In this document: one piece after another, positions 22,276 through 33,062 of the stretch
Position numbering within the stretch: position 1 is the first letter of the stretch
Layout of the letters: every line of letters begins with the position of its first letter
Sequence record: MW812341.1
Direction: 5' to 3' (one strand)
DNA: 64,000 bases
Program-made: the position numbers and the translations under genes
Notes under the pieces: model-generated
Databases searched by the model: none
Told to the model about the DNA's origin: nothing
The model's input: the letters and a program-made list of their open reading frames with translations, nothing else

Positions 22276-24786
22276 TTAACCTTTGATTTTCAGATACTGG
22301 TTCAGCTGAACATCACCGTTCAGATACCGCGCATTCACACGGTCTAAGAAGGCAAAGCCCAACTCATCAACTTCTACAACCTGGTACAGCGAATGCGGGT
22401 GCACACGCACAAAGGCTTTATCGTAGCCAATGTAAGCCGGGTCGAATTGCAGAAGGCTAATGTAGCCCACCATGACTCTGTCCAGCTGGGTAGTTGAGAT
22501 ACGATATTCCGGATCGTCTTCCACCAGTATCAGATTTTTATTCTTGTAGTCCCACAGCAGTTTATTCAGCAGTGGACTGAACAAGTGGTACCAACCTTTC
22601 AGCGGTACCGGGTTAACCGGCGGTGGCGTCGGGAAGAACGTCGTCAGATATTCTTCGGTACGGGCATCCAAGTCACGCGAAACATCACGCATGACGTAGG
22701 TGTCCTGACTAACCAACGTGCGTAGCGGAATAGTGGGGTCATCAACCGAGAACGGGAAACCGTCCGGCACGATGTCTGTCCCTACAGAGTTATCCTCACG
22801 GAACACCACGTCTTCGCGCAGTAGTAAGCCACCCCCTGCAACCACACGAATCACTTTATCGTCACGTACATCGAAACGGCTGTTGTTTGACAACAGACCG
22901 CTGGATACGAAACCAGTCTTCGGTGAACGTGTAACGCCTGTTACCCCACGAGCACGTACGGTCACATCATTCGTGTCACCATCCGACATCCAGGTCTTGG
23001 CCACAATCACAATCTCTGGCCATACCACGACGTAATCGATACCGAAGACCAGAGGGTGTTTGTTTAACCACACCTCAACGGTTTCCATCGGTGTCCACAA
23101 CGTACGAATCGGTTCGGACTCACTACGACCCAGAATCGGTACACGAATCTGCCCTTGCTTTACGTTAACGGTCTGTTCGAACAACAGGTGCACGTCATCG
23201 TAAATCACCGTTGGCCAACGTCGCGTACGGTCAACCGTCCAAGCGATGTTCGCATCCACACGAGTGTAGTCGGTACCTTCGACCGCCAGCGTATACTCGT
23301 TCGTCGGAGTACCACTGACAAGCTTACGTATCCACAACGTGACGTTAATACCTTCCGGGATATCGAAGTCCGGTGCGTTGTCCACAATGTGAACCGCATC
23401 ATCCACATCACCCGCAATTGCTTCCACAATTCGAGCAGCAGGATTCTTCGAATGGTAGTCCGTTGTACCCGCATGACGGCTCCAGCCTAACAACATACCG
23501 TTACCGTCGTACTCATACACAACAGAACGAACGGCCAATAGGTCAGGTAACGTGCAACGCCAGATGCCATTGTCTAATGTCAGACGCTGCGGCGTGTCAG
23601 CTGAGTAACGAGACGTTGCGTTATAGCCATACGCATCGGTACACAGGTCACGGGTGATATTCTGGAACTGCGCAGCTGCCACTTTGTTGTAGCCCGCCTG
23701 CTCGAGGTTCTTCGCCAACCATTCCGGCATTGTGGAGTTAACCCCAGTCATTGCAGAAATAATCAGCGAGTCATCAAGACGATAAAGGTCATGAATGTGG
23801 CGAGCATTATACAGAACAGGCGTGCGCAGATAATCGTCACGAATCACGACACGAATAATCAAGTCGTCGATGTCGTTCAGATTCTTAAAGCTGTTGCGCA
23901 GCTGGCTGATACGTTCGGTTGGGATACTCAGGTCGTTAAACGTTACCTGTCGAACTGACAGATGACGATGCTTCCAGTAGTAGCGCCCATCGCGCGCACG
24001 CAGAACATGGATTTCCACATCGTTATTGAACGTCCAGTTCTCAGACCCTTTCGGCAAGTGCAGCAGATATTTACGCTTCCCGTCCAGTGTTGATTGGAAT
24101 GTAGACAAATCCCCACAACGGAAATCCACCACACGCCTTACACGACCGTCGACATGAATCTCTACGTCATCCCAAGTGGCAATGTCACTTGGAACAGGAG
24201 ACTCAACCATTACCCCGTTCAGCCAGAAAGTAACATGCCCTTTCTTAGCCGCCTGGAGTTGGCGATAGCGGTCACACGCTCGTTGAATCTGTGTACCGTT
24301 CGGAGTGTCCCAGAACTCAACCGTGGTCGGTAGCGGGAGACCTGCATAATCCCCACCGTCATATCCGGCATAAATTCTCCAGTACAGCGTTTCGGTGTCC
24401 AGCCAGTTGTAGCGCTCGCTTTGCGGCAGGGCTAACAGAATCTGTCCGGATGCACGTTTAATCACCCGTGCCTTATCCAGTGGGAACGTGGTGCCCCGGT
24501 CATTGTACAGCAACATAAAAGCGCTGAACGCATTGACGCAGGCACTGAGTTTCTTCCAGCGGTCAGGCGGAAGTTTGATGTTACCGAAATTGAGGTGCAG
24601 TTTGTCTACCGTGTAAACGTGCCACCAACCTTCACCTGGGAGTGGCATGGACGCTCGTCCATCACGGATAAAACCGATAGCCCCTGAATTCGGAGTGATG
24701 CGATTAGGGGCGATGTTAAGCACCCCATCGTTACTTGGACGCTGCCATGCGTTTCGCACCGCATGAGCGGCCAGCCAGTTCTCCAT
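22276..24786 (-). CDS. virion structural protein (phiKZ gp27-like by synteny)
   Basis: 836 aa, beta-rich, synteny. Confidence 0.75.
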   Translation of the reverse strand: MENWLAAHAVRNAWQRPSNDGVLNIAPNRITPNSGAIGFIRDGRASMPLPGEGWWHVYTVDKLHLNFGNIKLPPDRWKKLSACVNAFSAFMLLYNDRGTTFPLDKARVIKRASGQILLALPQSERYNWLDTETLYWRIYAGYDGGDYAGLPLPTTVEFWDTPNGTQIQRACDRYRQLQAAKKGHVTFWLNGVMVESPVPSDIATWDDVEIHVDGRVRRVVDFRCGDLSTFQSTLDGKRKYLLHLPKGSENWTFNNDVEIHVLRARDGRYYWKHRHLSVRQVTFNDLSIPTERISQLRNSFKNLNDIDDLIIRVVIRDDYLRTPVLYNARHIHDLYRLDDSLIISAMTGVNSTMPEWLAKNLEQAGYNKVAAAQFQNITRDLCTDAYGYNATSRYSADTPQRLTLDNGIWRCTLPDLLAVRSVVYEYDGNGMLLGWSRHAGTTDYHSKNPAARIVEAIAGDVDDAVHIVDNAPDFDIPEGINVTLWIRKLVSGTPTNEYTLAVEGTDYTRVDANIAWTVDRTRRWPTVIYDDVHLLFEQTVNVKQGQIRVPILGRSESEPIRTLWTPMETVEVWLNKHPLVFGIDYVVVWPEIVIVAKTWMSDGDTNDVTVRARGVTGVTRSPKTGFVSSGLLSNNSRFDVRDDKVIRVVAGGGLLLREDVVFREDNSVGTDIVPDGFPFSVDDPTIPLRTLVSQDTYVMRDVSRDLDARTEEYLTTFFPTPPPVNPVPLKGWYHLFSPLLNKLLWDYKNKNLILVEDDPEYRISTTQLDRVMVGYISLLQFDPAYIGYDKAFVRVHPHSLYQVVEVDELGFAFLDRVNARYLNGDVQLNQYLKIKG

Positions 24787-24796
24787 AGCGAACCTC

Positions 24797-25705
24797 TTAG
24801 TCTTGTACTTTCGGTGGCTTGGTGTTTTGGTTCATGATCAGGTTATAGGTGAACAGGAATTTATCCTTCCGTTTCGCCGTGTCTGACTTCTTCACCGTGC
24901 CACCTAAGCGGGAGCGGTTAAACATGTTGTTCTCCAGCGACGCTGCAATCATGACCAGCAGAGACGGTGGATATTCCAACGCACTGGTGCACAGCTGTTT
25001 GTCGTAGCTGATACCGAAGAAACTGGTGCCGAGCAACTGCTGCAAGCCAAGAACACTGAAGTCTGCAAGACGTGGCGTGATGTCAGCCGCTTTAACCATC
25101 TCAACAAATTCTTCAATGTTACGTGGGAACAGATATTCGGTGTGACCGGTTACGGCCTCGAACATTTCGATAGGATAACCGAGTTGACGCGACAGCTCTT
25201 GCTGCAAACGCATCATCTTCAACTCATCTTCGAAGTTGTTGTAGAATTGACCTACAGAGAACAAAGCAGCCGCTGCGCGGATTTGCCCACTTTGATATGG
25301 AGTGAGTGAATGCGCGTGAGTGATCGCATCCCCCACCCATTTACTGTAAATCTCATGGTGGTAAGGAAGTTGCGCCATCAAGGAACCATGCTTGCCATTG
25401 TTCCGTTTCCACACCAGTTCCCAACGTGCCTGGTCGAGTCGCAATGCGTGCTCGATCGGGTTACGAATTTTTAGCTCGCCGGTTTTGTCCAGCGTGGTAA
25501 ACGTACGTGCATCAACATACACGTCGTCGCCGATAACAATCGGTAAAGGAAATGGTTTCACATCGGCAGTCTCAACTACGTAGTGAACTTCTTCAGACTG
25601 CTGTCTGGTTTGATTAAGTTTACGGGCTAATTCCAGGCTGGCCGCGAGGCTAACCAAGTCAAAGCTGCGGAAAATATTACCTGTGTATGCGTTTTCGAGT
25701 GCCAT
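24797..25705 (-). CDS. virion structural protein (phiKZ gp28-like by synteny)
   Basis: 302 aa, divergent from sheath gene. Confidence 0.7.
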   Translation of the reverse strand: MALENAYTGNIFRSFDLVSLAASLELARKLNQTRQQSEEVHYVVETADVKPFPLPIVIGDDVYVDARTFTTLDKTGELKIRNPIEHALRLDQARWELVWKRNNGKHGSLMAQLPYHHEIYSKWVGDAITHAHSLTPYQSGQIRAAAALFSVGQFYNNFEDELKMMRLQQELSRQLGYPIEMFEAVTGHTEYLFPRNIEEFVEMVKAADITPRLADFSVLGLQQLLGTSFFGISYDKQLCTSALEYPPSLLVMIAASLENNMFNRSRLGGTVKKSDTAKRKDKFLFTYNLIMNQNTKPPKVQD

Positions 25706-25762
25706 GAGATGCTACCTTAGTATGACCAATTGGTCTTAAAAGACGATTTATGGAGATGTTCC

Positions 25763-27820
25763 ATGACCTATATTCCACGTAACGCTGCGCCGTTGAACTA
25801 CAAGGAAGGGATGCAAGATAACTCTGTACCCGAACTTGTACGGACGCCTACGGGCGATCCGATTCATAAGCCGCTGATCTTCACCTTCGCTGCGCGTGGG
25901 GTAGATAACGAAGCGTTCCCGTTATTCGGGGATAACGCGCTCGATCTGCTTGGCCGCAGCGTGTTCGACCTTCGTGGTCCGTACGCAACGTTCAACTCGC
26001 CTTACCAGGCAATGTTCAATGCGAACGGCAACGAATGTATGTACCAACGTCTGATCCCAGACGATGCGAAAACCGCAACTTACCGTCTGTACGCTGACGT
26101 CCTGGCCACGAAAGTGCCTCAGTACGAACGCGACGCAGGTGGTAAAGTGGTGTACGACGCCGCAGGCAAACCGAAAGTCACCGCTCAGGTGGACGGTATC
26201 CTGGTCGTGCTTCGCAGTCTGCTGATTGATGATACCGCACCTGAATTCGGTACTGCGATTCAGATCGAAGGCACCTTGACTGGCACCGGTGGTGCGAAGT
26301 CTAAGATGTATCCGATTTACGATATCAAAGCACCGTACGCAGGCGCAGACTGTAACGGCTTCGGCCATAAGCTGATTCCGCTGAACGAGAAAACATCTCC
26401 GGCACTCACCTCTGCATACCAGCAGGCGGTAGGTGGTCGTGTTTACACGCTCCAGTGGTTTGAAACTCTGGCAGGTGTGTCGTCTCCAGTTATCTGGAAG
26501 ACGCTGAAATCCATGTCCAGCATCAACTTCAGCTTTAAGCCCGATGCATACTATCAGCCGATGAGAACTCCGCTGGACTTCGAAGAAGTCGTTGCGGACG
26601 CGTATCGTAAGACTACGCCAGAGGTTGGTCAGCTGCCAAACTACGGCCCGTTCGAAGGTTTCCATGTTTATCATGAAGAACTCGAAACGGTACTGAAGCT
26701 GGCACAGGCTGCTGTTAATGCTGCTAACACCGATTCTCAGGTTTCTGACCCGTACCTCATCGACCTGTTCGGTGGTGCGGATCTGACTGGCCAACCGTAC
26801 GACGGTTTCCAGGTTAACCCAGCGACTGAAACCGGTAAAACGGTATACAGCGCCAGCAACATCCACTACCTGCAAGGTGGTAGCGATGGCACCATGGGTA
26901 ATGAAGCCTATGACAAGCTGGTACTTCGCGAAATGCTGCTGTTCCCGGACGGCGGTAAAGTCAGCTACGATAACGAACTGAAATACTCCCTGGGTTGTTT
27001 CTGGGATTCTGGTTTCAGCTTCGATACCAAAGCTGCCTGCGTGAACTTCATTGGTAAGTCTCGCAACACCTTCCTGACTCTGGCAACGCACGTATTCGAT
27101 CAAGGCCGTAATGACCTTCAGACCGAAGAAGGTGCGAAGATTGCCCTGATCGAACTCATCACTTCCGTTCCGGAATCTGCACGTTACGGCACTGCCGCAG
27201 CGCGTGGGATGGTGACTGGTCAGACTGCTATCATCCGTGGCTCTTCTTACAAGAAAGCCGTGCCGATGAACTACACCCTGGCAAACTTCTTCTCCAAGTA
27301 CCTCGGTTCTGGTGAAGGACAAGCTGAACCGTCTATGCGTTTCAGCCGTGGTGAGCAGACTGTCATCGAAGACCTGGCAGACCTGAGCATGCCGTGGAAA
27401 GGTAACGACGTATATGCATCCGACTGGGATGTGTCACTGGTCACTGCCCGTTCCTACGACTACTACCGTCTGTTCATCCCAGCGATCCAGTCTATCTACG
27501 ACGAAGAACGCTCGGTGCTGAACAACGCGCTGTTCGACTTCATCATGACTTACGTCTACCGTGTCTCTGACCGTGTGTGGGCGGACATGTCTGGTGAAAG
27601 CCGTCTGACCCGTGATGAAATCGCGAAGGAAATCAATAAGCGTATCGTTGAGCGCCTGAATGGCAAACTCGACAGCATCGCTGACGTGACTCCTAACGCG
27701 TACTTCACTGCGGAAGACATTTCCAACGGTTACTCTGTAACTCTGGATCTGAACGCGTACGGCGGTGTGTTGCTGACTCAGTTCAACACCACCATCAAAG
27801 TTTACCGTCGGGAGAGCTGA
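25763..27820 (+). CDS. tail sheath protein (phiKZ gp29-like)
   Basis: About 685 aa, GGAG RBS, sheath-type LQGGSDGT and FWDSGF motifs, followed by tube gene; strong highly expressed codon bias. Confidence 0.88.
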   Translation: MTYIPRNAAPLNYKEGMQDNSVPELVRTPTGDPIHKPLIFTFAARGVDNEAFPLFGDNALDLLGRSVFDLRGPYATFNSPYQAMFNANGNECMYQRLIPDDAKTATYRLYADVLATKVPQYERDAGGKVVYDAAGKPKVTAQVDGILVVLRSLLIDDTAPEFGTAIQIEGTLTGTGGAKSKMYPIYDIKAPYAGADCNGFGHKLIPLNEKTSPALTSAYQQAVGGRVYTLQWFETLAGVSSPVIWKTLKSMSSINFSFKPDAYYQPMRTPLDFEEVVADAYRKTTPEVGQLPNYGPFEGFHVYHEELETVLKLAQAAVNAANTDSQVSDPYLIDLFGGADLTGQPYDGFQVNPATETGKTVYSASNIHYLQGGSDGTMGNEAYDKLVLREMLLFPDGGKVSYDNELKYSLGCFWDSGFSFDTKAACVNFIGKSRNTFLTLATHVFDQGRNDLQTEEGAKIALIELITSVPESARYGTAAARGMVTGQTAIIRGSSYKKAVPMNYTLANFFSKYLGSGEGQAEPSMRFSRGEQTVIEDLADLSMPWKGNDVYASDWDVSLVTARSYDYYRLFIPAIQSIYDEERSVLNNALFDFIMTYVYRVSDRVWADMSGESRLTRDEIAKEINKRIVERLNGKLDSIADVTPNAYFTAEDISNGYSVTLDLNAYGGVLLTQFNTTIKVYRRES

Positions 27821-27823
27821 TAA

Positions 27824-28699
27824 ATGGCGATTAAAGAACGTTTGATTCAGCCTAACCAGGGCTTCCATCTCGACGGTGGTAAGTACGACATGGTCAACGC
27901 GTTCGGCTCCGGCCAGAACGGTCCCGTTGGCCAGGTTGGCAAGTTTGTAACGAACGCCCACCGTCTGCGCCGCAATGTTATTGCGCGCGTAATGGAGTTC
28001 CCTCGTTGGGTGGACTACATGCCGAACCCGTCAATCTGGCGTCAGGCAATCAAGTCCTTCATCGAAGTGCACACTACCATCACTGGTCTGGATAAGACCC
28101 TGAGCCACGAAGCTGTTCAGACCCAACAGGGTCGTAACAACCGTGTTCAGTACGAAGCAGGTCTGGTAACCGAAGCACTGTCTTCTGTGACCCACACCAC
28201 GCCGGATAAGTATGGTAAGGTGTTCCAGAACATGTTAGCCGCATGGCTCATCTACGGTCTTTGTGACCCGCAAACTGGTCACCCAGGTATCGCGGCAATC
28301 AACCCGAATGTGCCAGACCACCTGCCGGACATGTACAGCCTTACTGTGCTGTATATCGAACCGGATGCGTATCAGCGTAAAGCGCAGAACGCCTGGTGGT
28401 TGACGAACATGATTCCGGAAACTGCTGGCCAGGATATCGGCGAACGTGATCCGAACGCCGGTCCACAGACGAACGAACTGTCTATCAGCTTCACCTCCCA
28501 GCAATGGACAGGTTGGGGCCCGATGCAGGCTGCTCAGTCTGAACTGGAACGTATGAAGCTGTACGGTCTGCGTCCTATGGAACGTAAACTGTGGCTGACT
28601 CCGTCTCAACAGAATGACGGCATCAACCCAGATGTTAATGCTACCTCTGGTGGCTTCAACACTGTGTCTGATGAGTTCATGGCTAACCAGATGCGTTAA
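27824..28699 (+). CDS. tail tube protein (phiKZ gp30-like)
   Basis: 291 aa immediately after sheath; LYIEPD..R...AWWLTNMIP motif. Confidence 0.82.
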   Translation: MAIKERLIQPNQGFHLDGGKYDMVNAFGSGQNGPVGQVGKFVTNAHRLRRNVIARVMEFPRWVDYMPNPSIWRQAIKSFIEVHTTITGLDKTLSHEAVQTQQGRNNRVQYEAGLVTEALSSVTHTTPDKYGKVFQNMLAAWLIYGLCDPQTGHPGIAAINPNVPDHLPDMYSLTVLYIEPDAYQRKAQNAWWLTNMIPETAGQDIGERDPNAGPQTNELSISFTSQQWTGWGPMQAAQSELERMKLYGLRPMERKLWLTPSQQNDGINPDVNATSGGFNTVSDEFMANQMR

Positions 28700-28757
28700 G
28701 AAAAAAAAATAAGATGTACCCACTCCTTCGGGAGTGGGTTGTCTTTTTTATTTTTTC
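28700..28757. terminator. bidirectional intrinsic terminator
   Basis: ACCCACTCC-TTCG-GGAGTGGGT with A- and T-runs. Confidence 0.85.
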
Positions 28758-29281
28758 TCTGGGTCGTCGAGTGCAGCACCAACACGCACGATTAACCACT
28801 TGGCGTTATTGATGAACAGCCACACGGCAACCATATCGTATTCACGATCGACTGGGGTGTTTTCCAGTTTAGGGTTAGCGACACCCCAGAGCGTAGGCAG
28901 TCCTTCTTTACCGAACGCCTCGGTATATTGCTGGTCGCTCATCTTAACGAACACTTCGTCTTTCAGGGCATCGAGAATAGTGGTGCCGAGTTCATAGACG
29001 ATAGCGGTTTTGAATCGCAGAATGAAGCCCGCGACAATCGCAGCACTATCACCGCCGGAGCCAGTGATGTCAGTCAGAAAACGTTGGTATCCGTTAACCG
29101 AGTTATTGATAAGTTCAACTGGGAAGTCTGCCACGGCTTCAAAGATTTCATCAGCCACGCTGCCTTTCAGCGCCATCAGATGAGTTTCTGCCAAGATATT
29201 AATACGGGTAATAATCTCCTGACGGTTGAGGGTGCAGGCTAGTGGCTTACCGGGAATACCCGGTTGGAAATCGGCCATCAT
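28748..29281 (-). CDS. hypothetical protein (177 aa)
   Basis: ORF with AGGAGT RBS. Confidence 0.8.
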   Translation of the reverse strand: MMADFQPGIPGKPLACTLNRQEIITRINILAETHLMALKGSVADEIFEAVADFPVELINNSVNGYQRFLTDITGSGGDSAAIVAGFILRFKTAIVYELGTTILDALKDEVFVKMSDQQYTEAFGKEGLPTLWGVANPKLENTPVDREYDMVAVWLFINNAKWLIVRVGAALDDPEKK

Positions 29282-29297
29282 AATTTACTCCTGAGAT

Positions 29298-29329
29298 CAA
29301 AAAAAAGAGGGTGGTCATAAGACCACCCT
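29298..29329 (-). terminator. intrinsic terminator
   Basis: AGGGTGGTC-ATAA-GACCACCCT with U-tract on -. Confidence 0.8.
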
Positions 29330-29351
29330 AATCCGTTAAGCGACTTGACGA

Positions 29352-29867
29352 TTATTCGTCGTCGCCCTCGTCTTCTTCTTCCGCTTCAAGCCACAGCTTG
29401 GCGAATTCTTTACGCACTTTACCTTCAAGACCTTTGTTCTTGATGGTGCTATAACCGAAGCCGATAGATGCGGCCAGGTCTTTCTGAGATGGCTCATCGC
29501 CAGTCGGGCGGGCGAACGCAGTGGAGAAGGTGGTTTCACCCACTTTCAGTTTCACTTCCATCGCACCGATCTCTGGATCGTTTTTCGCTTTGTCCGCAAT
29601 CAGCGGCGCAGTGATGGTACCCAGCGCTTCGTGGAAGTTAGCACGATACTTGTCCAGCGTGTCCATGTTTTCGATGGTCAGCTTATGCTCGCCTTTGTCG
29701 TTAGGCTCCACTTTGATTACCGGGAGACCTTCCGAGAATTCAGTAATCAGCTTCGCTTCGCTTTCCGCGCTGTATGCATTTTCTGCATCCAGAACGACAG
29801 GCGCTTTTGCGTCTTTGTTGATTGCAGCGATGAGGTCTTTTACTGAGTGAATTTTGGTAGTCATCAA
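29352..29867 (-). CDS. hypothetical protein with acidic C-terminus (171 aa)
   Basis: ORF; highly expressed codon bias. Confidence 0.85.
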   Translation of the reverse strand: MMTTKIHSVKDLIAAINKDAKAPVVLDAENAYSAESEAKLITEFSEGLPVIKVEPNDKGEHKLTIENMDTLDKYRANFHEALGTITAPLIADKAKNDPEIGAMEVKLKVGETTFSTAFARPTGDEPSQKDLAASIGFGYSTIKNKGLEGKVRKEFAKLWLEAEEEDEGDDE

Positions 29868-29874
29868 ATTATCC

Positions 29875-30555
29875 TTACTTGGGGTTAGTGTTTAAACGTT
29901 GTTCTAATTCTTCAACCAGCTCGGTGGTGAAGAAGTCGATGTCGAGCATTTCAATAACTTCAAGACGTTCTGCCAATTGAACGGCGAATATCTCTCCGTA
30001 CCAGTCTGGTACTTTGGCGTAAGCGTTACGACCGAACTTATCCTGGATGTGGTTAATCGCATGGAACTTCGAATCGCTAATGCTCTTACCTTGACTATCA
30101 CGAGCGAACAGATAACTGCGTGACAGATACGACGTCACATCTTCCTTCGATGGGATGCCACGGTCAGCAGCAGCCACTATCTCAGAAACGATGCTATTGT
30201 ATTTCCCTTTGAACGACCCACGATGTTCCATGGTTGCATAAGCCACGGTGTAACACTCATCGAAGGTTAACTTATACTTGCGCATCATGACTGGCTTATT
30301 GTCCATAATCCAGTTGAAGGCTTTGATGTGGTGGTCAGTCCTACCTTCTTTGGTAGAGAAGATATCGTGAGCAGCGGCGGCGATTAGTGCCAGCTTCAAA
30401 TGCTCCTGCCAACCCTGCATGTAACAGATGCGAATCACATTCGACATCACACTGCGGATATGGTCAATACGATGAGCGCTATCGGTGTAGCGATAGAAAT
30501 CGTAGAAGTGTTTGATAAGACGGTCATGCAGTTTACGTACTTCGGTAGCTTCCAT
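29875..30555 (-). CDS. HD-domain phosphohydrolase
   Basis: H...H (HRIDH) and AAHD motifs, EH and AADR downstream. Confidence 0.8.
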   Translation of the reverse strand: MEATEVRKLHDRLIKHFYDFYRYTDSAHRIDHIRSVMSNVIRICYMQGWQEHLKLALIAAAAHDIFSTKEGRTDHHIKAFNWIMDNKPVMMRKYKLTFDECYTVAYATMEHRGSFKGKYNSIVSEIVAAADRGIPSKEDVTSYLSRSYLFARDSQGKSISDSKFHAINHIQDKFGRNAYAKVPDWYGEIFAVQLAERLEVIEMLDIDFFTTELVEELEQRLNTNPK

Positions 30556-30599
30556 AATGTATTCCTTGATAGTCGATTTAAAAACTTACTGATGCAAGT

Positions 30600-30620
30600 T
30601 CACCTAGGTAATATATATCC
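30600..30620 (-). promoter_or_regulatory. putative early promoter
   Basis: Minus strand GGATATATATTACCTAGGTGA contains exact TATATTAC. Confidence 0.7.
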
Positions 30621-30678
30621 AAAAAAATATTGAAAGAGGGCGACCCGTTCCATGACGGAACGTGGTCACCATAGGTAC

Positions 30679-31260
30679 CTATTGGATTTGAAGAATAGAG
30701 CCAGCACTATCATGCGGCGTTTCCACAAAGTAACCAATGTGTCGGATGAGGTCACGCGTGTTCGGTTTCTCGGTTCGTACCCAGAAAGCCGTACCACCTG
30801 CGAGTGCCCATTCGCGACAGTTTCGACCAAAGTCATCAACAAGTAACAACCCTCGTCCAGCGTAGTCTTTTTTCTGTCCGGAAGTTTCCGTGACAATAAC
30901 ACGATCCGCAGGCACACCAAAATGTTTATCAAACCAACGCTGTTTACATTCAACCACAAGCTCATGGTCAAAGTGGTCTTCTGCTCCCGAGGTCAGAATA
31001 CACCAAGGTGTACCTGCTTTCTCCAGTGCGTCCAACACGACACCCATTTCCTTTAAAGCCGGAAGGTTGTAAAACAGATTCGGTTCTTTCTGGTATATCT
31101 CGCGTACCATTGCTCGCCGTTTGATTTCAGGAACCGCATTGAATTCCCTGAGTGTCATTGTTGGGAAGTATTTAGGTACAACGTACCCACTCCACACCGC
31201 AAACACTCCGTCGCTATCTAAATGAACCATCCTTTTTATCCTTCGTATTCTCACGTTCAC
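30679..31260 (-). CDS. HAD-superfamily 5'(3')-deoxyribonucleotidase (NT5C-like)
   Basis: DSDGV motif I, ILTS motif II, K...LLVDD..RN motifs III/IV. Confidence 0.8.
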   Translation of the reverse strand: MNVRIRRIKRMVHLDSDGVFAVWSGYVVPKYFPTMTLREFNAVPEIKRRAMVREIYQKEPNLFYNLPALKEMGVVLDALEKAGTPWCILTSGAEDHFDHELVVECKQRWFDKHFGVPADRVIVTETSGQKKDYAGRGLLLVDDFGRNCREWALAGGTAFWVRTEKPNTRDLIRHIGYFVETPHDSAGSILQIQ

Positions 31261-31286
31261 ATTAAGAACCGCCTGCGTAAAAAACT

Positions 31287-31583
31287 TTACTGCTTGACAG
31301 TTAGAATGCCCCGATACGATTCTGTTAGGAGGAAGTAAGCGCGAGTGTAGTCGATTTCCACACCCGCCTGTTGTAGTGCAAGATAAAACTCTGTCAAGTC
31401 TTGAGTAGACAAACTCGCAATCGCGTTATTGATTTTGCGTTTGGTATCCAGGCGACTCGCCAGCACAACTGCCAGTACGTCTTTACCAACCCGGCCCTGA
31501 ATGGCATTAAAAGCGATAGCCTTAATCTCATCGGGTGCCAGGACTGTGAGGGTCGGAGGTATGACAATGTTCACAGCTTTCAT
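31287..31583 (-). CDS. hypothetical protein (98 aa)
   Basis: ORF with GGAGG RBS. Confidence 0.75.
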   Translation of the reverse strand: MKAVNIVIPPTLTVLAPDEIKAIAFNAIQGRVGKDVLAVVLASRLDTKRKINNAIASLSTQDLTEFYLALQQAGVEIDYTRAYFLLTESYRGILTVKQ

Positions 31584-31629
31584 TCAATGCCTCCAGTGCT
31601 AGTAGTGATTTGCAGACCACGAACCGACA

Positions 31630-32250
31630 TCAGGAGGCGACAGTGTAAGCGTTTAACGCACCGTGATAATGGTCCACGGACGTAAGTTCAGGATCGGCAA
31701 CGTTCGCCACCTCACCCATTTTGATGGTGATGCGTATCAGATAGGTTTTACCCGCTTCCAGTTTTTTGCTGGAGTCGAATGCAATCGTCTCGCCCACTTG
31801 CACCGCGTACATAAACTCAGAACTATCGTGACTGAGCATGACGAGGCGCATCTCCCCCAGAACATTGGGTTTGATTTCCCAATTGGCCATTCGGTGTGGA
31901 ACAATCCACACTTCACCTGCCCGGTTAGGTTCTTTGGTAACGTCTACCGACGGCTGGACTACACTGCGTTCGTCAAAAGCGTAGATGTGAATACGCTGTT
32001 GAATATCCAGCGAACGAAAGTTGTGACGGGCACCAATGATACAATTCTTCAACGCCAACGAACAACAAACGCGCGGGATAGTTAAATCTTCACCGTCAGC
32101 CGGTGAATACGGGATGCGTGGTGAAAAGACTTTCACCTTACCCCCAATATGGAGTGGCGGAGTATTCAGACCTTTAAGGGCCAATTTCTTGGCCACCTTT
32201 GGCATCTGATTCTCGAACCACTTCACTAACGAAGCGTCGTAGTCAGCCAT
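31630..32250 (-). CDS. hypothetical (probable virion) protein (206 aa)
   Basis: ORF abutting protease stop. Confidence 0.8.
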   Translation of the reverse strand: MADYDASLVKWFENQMPKVAKKLALKGLNTPPLHIGGKVKVFSPRIPYSPADGEDLTIPRVCCSLALKNCIIGARHNFRSLDIQQRIHIYAFDERSVVQPSVDVTKEPNRAGEVWIVPHRMANWEIKPNVLGEMRLVMLSHDSSEFMYAVQVGETIAFDSSKKLEAGKTYLIRITIKMGEVANVADPELTSVDHYHGALNAYTVAS

Positions 32251-33054
32251 TTACCATTTCCCCGCACCCAGTCCCATAACCTTCACATTGGACTGCTGAT
32301 TGTCAATCTCCAGGTACTCACGGGCGATTGCACGCAGGTTACCCCGACGGGATTCTGTTGCAACTGTCTGAGCCGCTTCCGGCTTGAAGATAATATCTTC
32401 CAGCGCCTGGCGTGAGATAGGACGGTCAACGTAGGTACGAGTAGATTCCTGCGCAACCTGGCTACCACGCTGCATAGCGGAGTATTTGTTACAGATTTGC
32501 AGACCGTCTTCGATAACCCAGTCAAACGTGACCATGCGATCGATACGACGAGTACGTGTCCCACCCACAAACCCTTCACGCACAATCGCACGCAGAGAGA
32601 AGCACACGTTCTGGTGCTGGTTCTCTAACGCTTCCGCCAACAGCGGGCCACGATCGCGGTTAGGTTTAATCCATCCCCAGATTTCCACCACGGGCAAGTT
32701 GTTACACACCTGGTCAGTCGGCTTCAGCTCGATTTCACGGATGTGCATTGCCACGTTCTTGGTTTCAATCCATTCGTTACGTTCAATCCATTGCGCATCA
32801 GACATCCCCGGTTCAAACGGAGGATGGTCTTCTTCACCAAACAGGTTACCTGCCTGAATTTTACGCATGAAGACACTGGAGCGGTCGAACACATGCTTCG
32901 ACTCGTTGAAGGCATAGAAGATACCCTCGGAGTTGAAGATGTTCAACGCGCCCAACAGGACGTAGTAATACCCGTCCGTGTCTTTCTTCAGGGTTGCCCC
33001 TTTGTTTACCCCGGCCAACGCTACGCAGTTGTAGCGCATCGTTAAGTTTTCCAT
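32251..33054 (-). CDS. prohead (head maturation) protease (phiKZ gp175-like)
   Basis: GEEDHP (catalytic His), CFSLRA (catalytic Ser), TFDWV motifs; synteny with vRNAP genes. Confidence 0.85.
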   Translation of the reverse strand: MENLTMRYNCVALAGVNKGATLKKDTDGYYYVLLGALNIFNSEGIFYAFNESKHVFDRSSVFMRKIQAGNLFGEEDHPPFEPGMSDAQWIERNEWIETKNVAMHIREIELKPTDQVCNNLPVVEIWGWIKPNRDRGPLLAEALENQHQNVCFSLRAIVREGFVGGTRTRRIDRMVTFDWVIEDGLQICNKYSAMQRGSQVAQESTRTYVDRPISRQALEDIIFKPEAAQTVATESRRGNLRAIAREYLEIDNQQSNVKVMGLGAGKW

Positions 33055-33062
33055 AATGCACC

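Noticed and set aside
25922-27322. 466-aa ORF antisense to the tail sheath gene (also 54720-55814 and 9295-9837 antisense ORFs)
   Set aside because: Shadow frames produced by the strong RNY codon bias of highly expressed genes; no RBS, unnatural composition.
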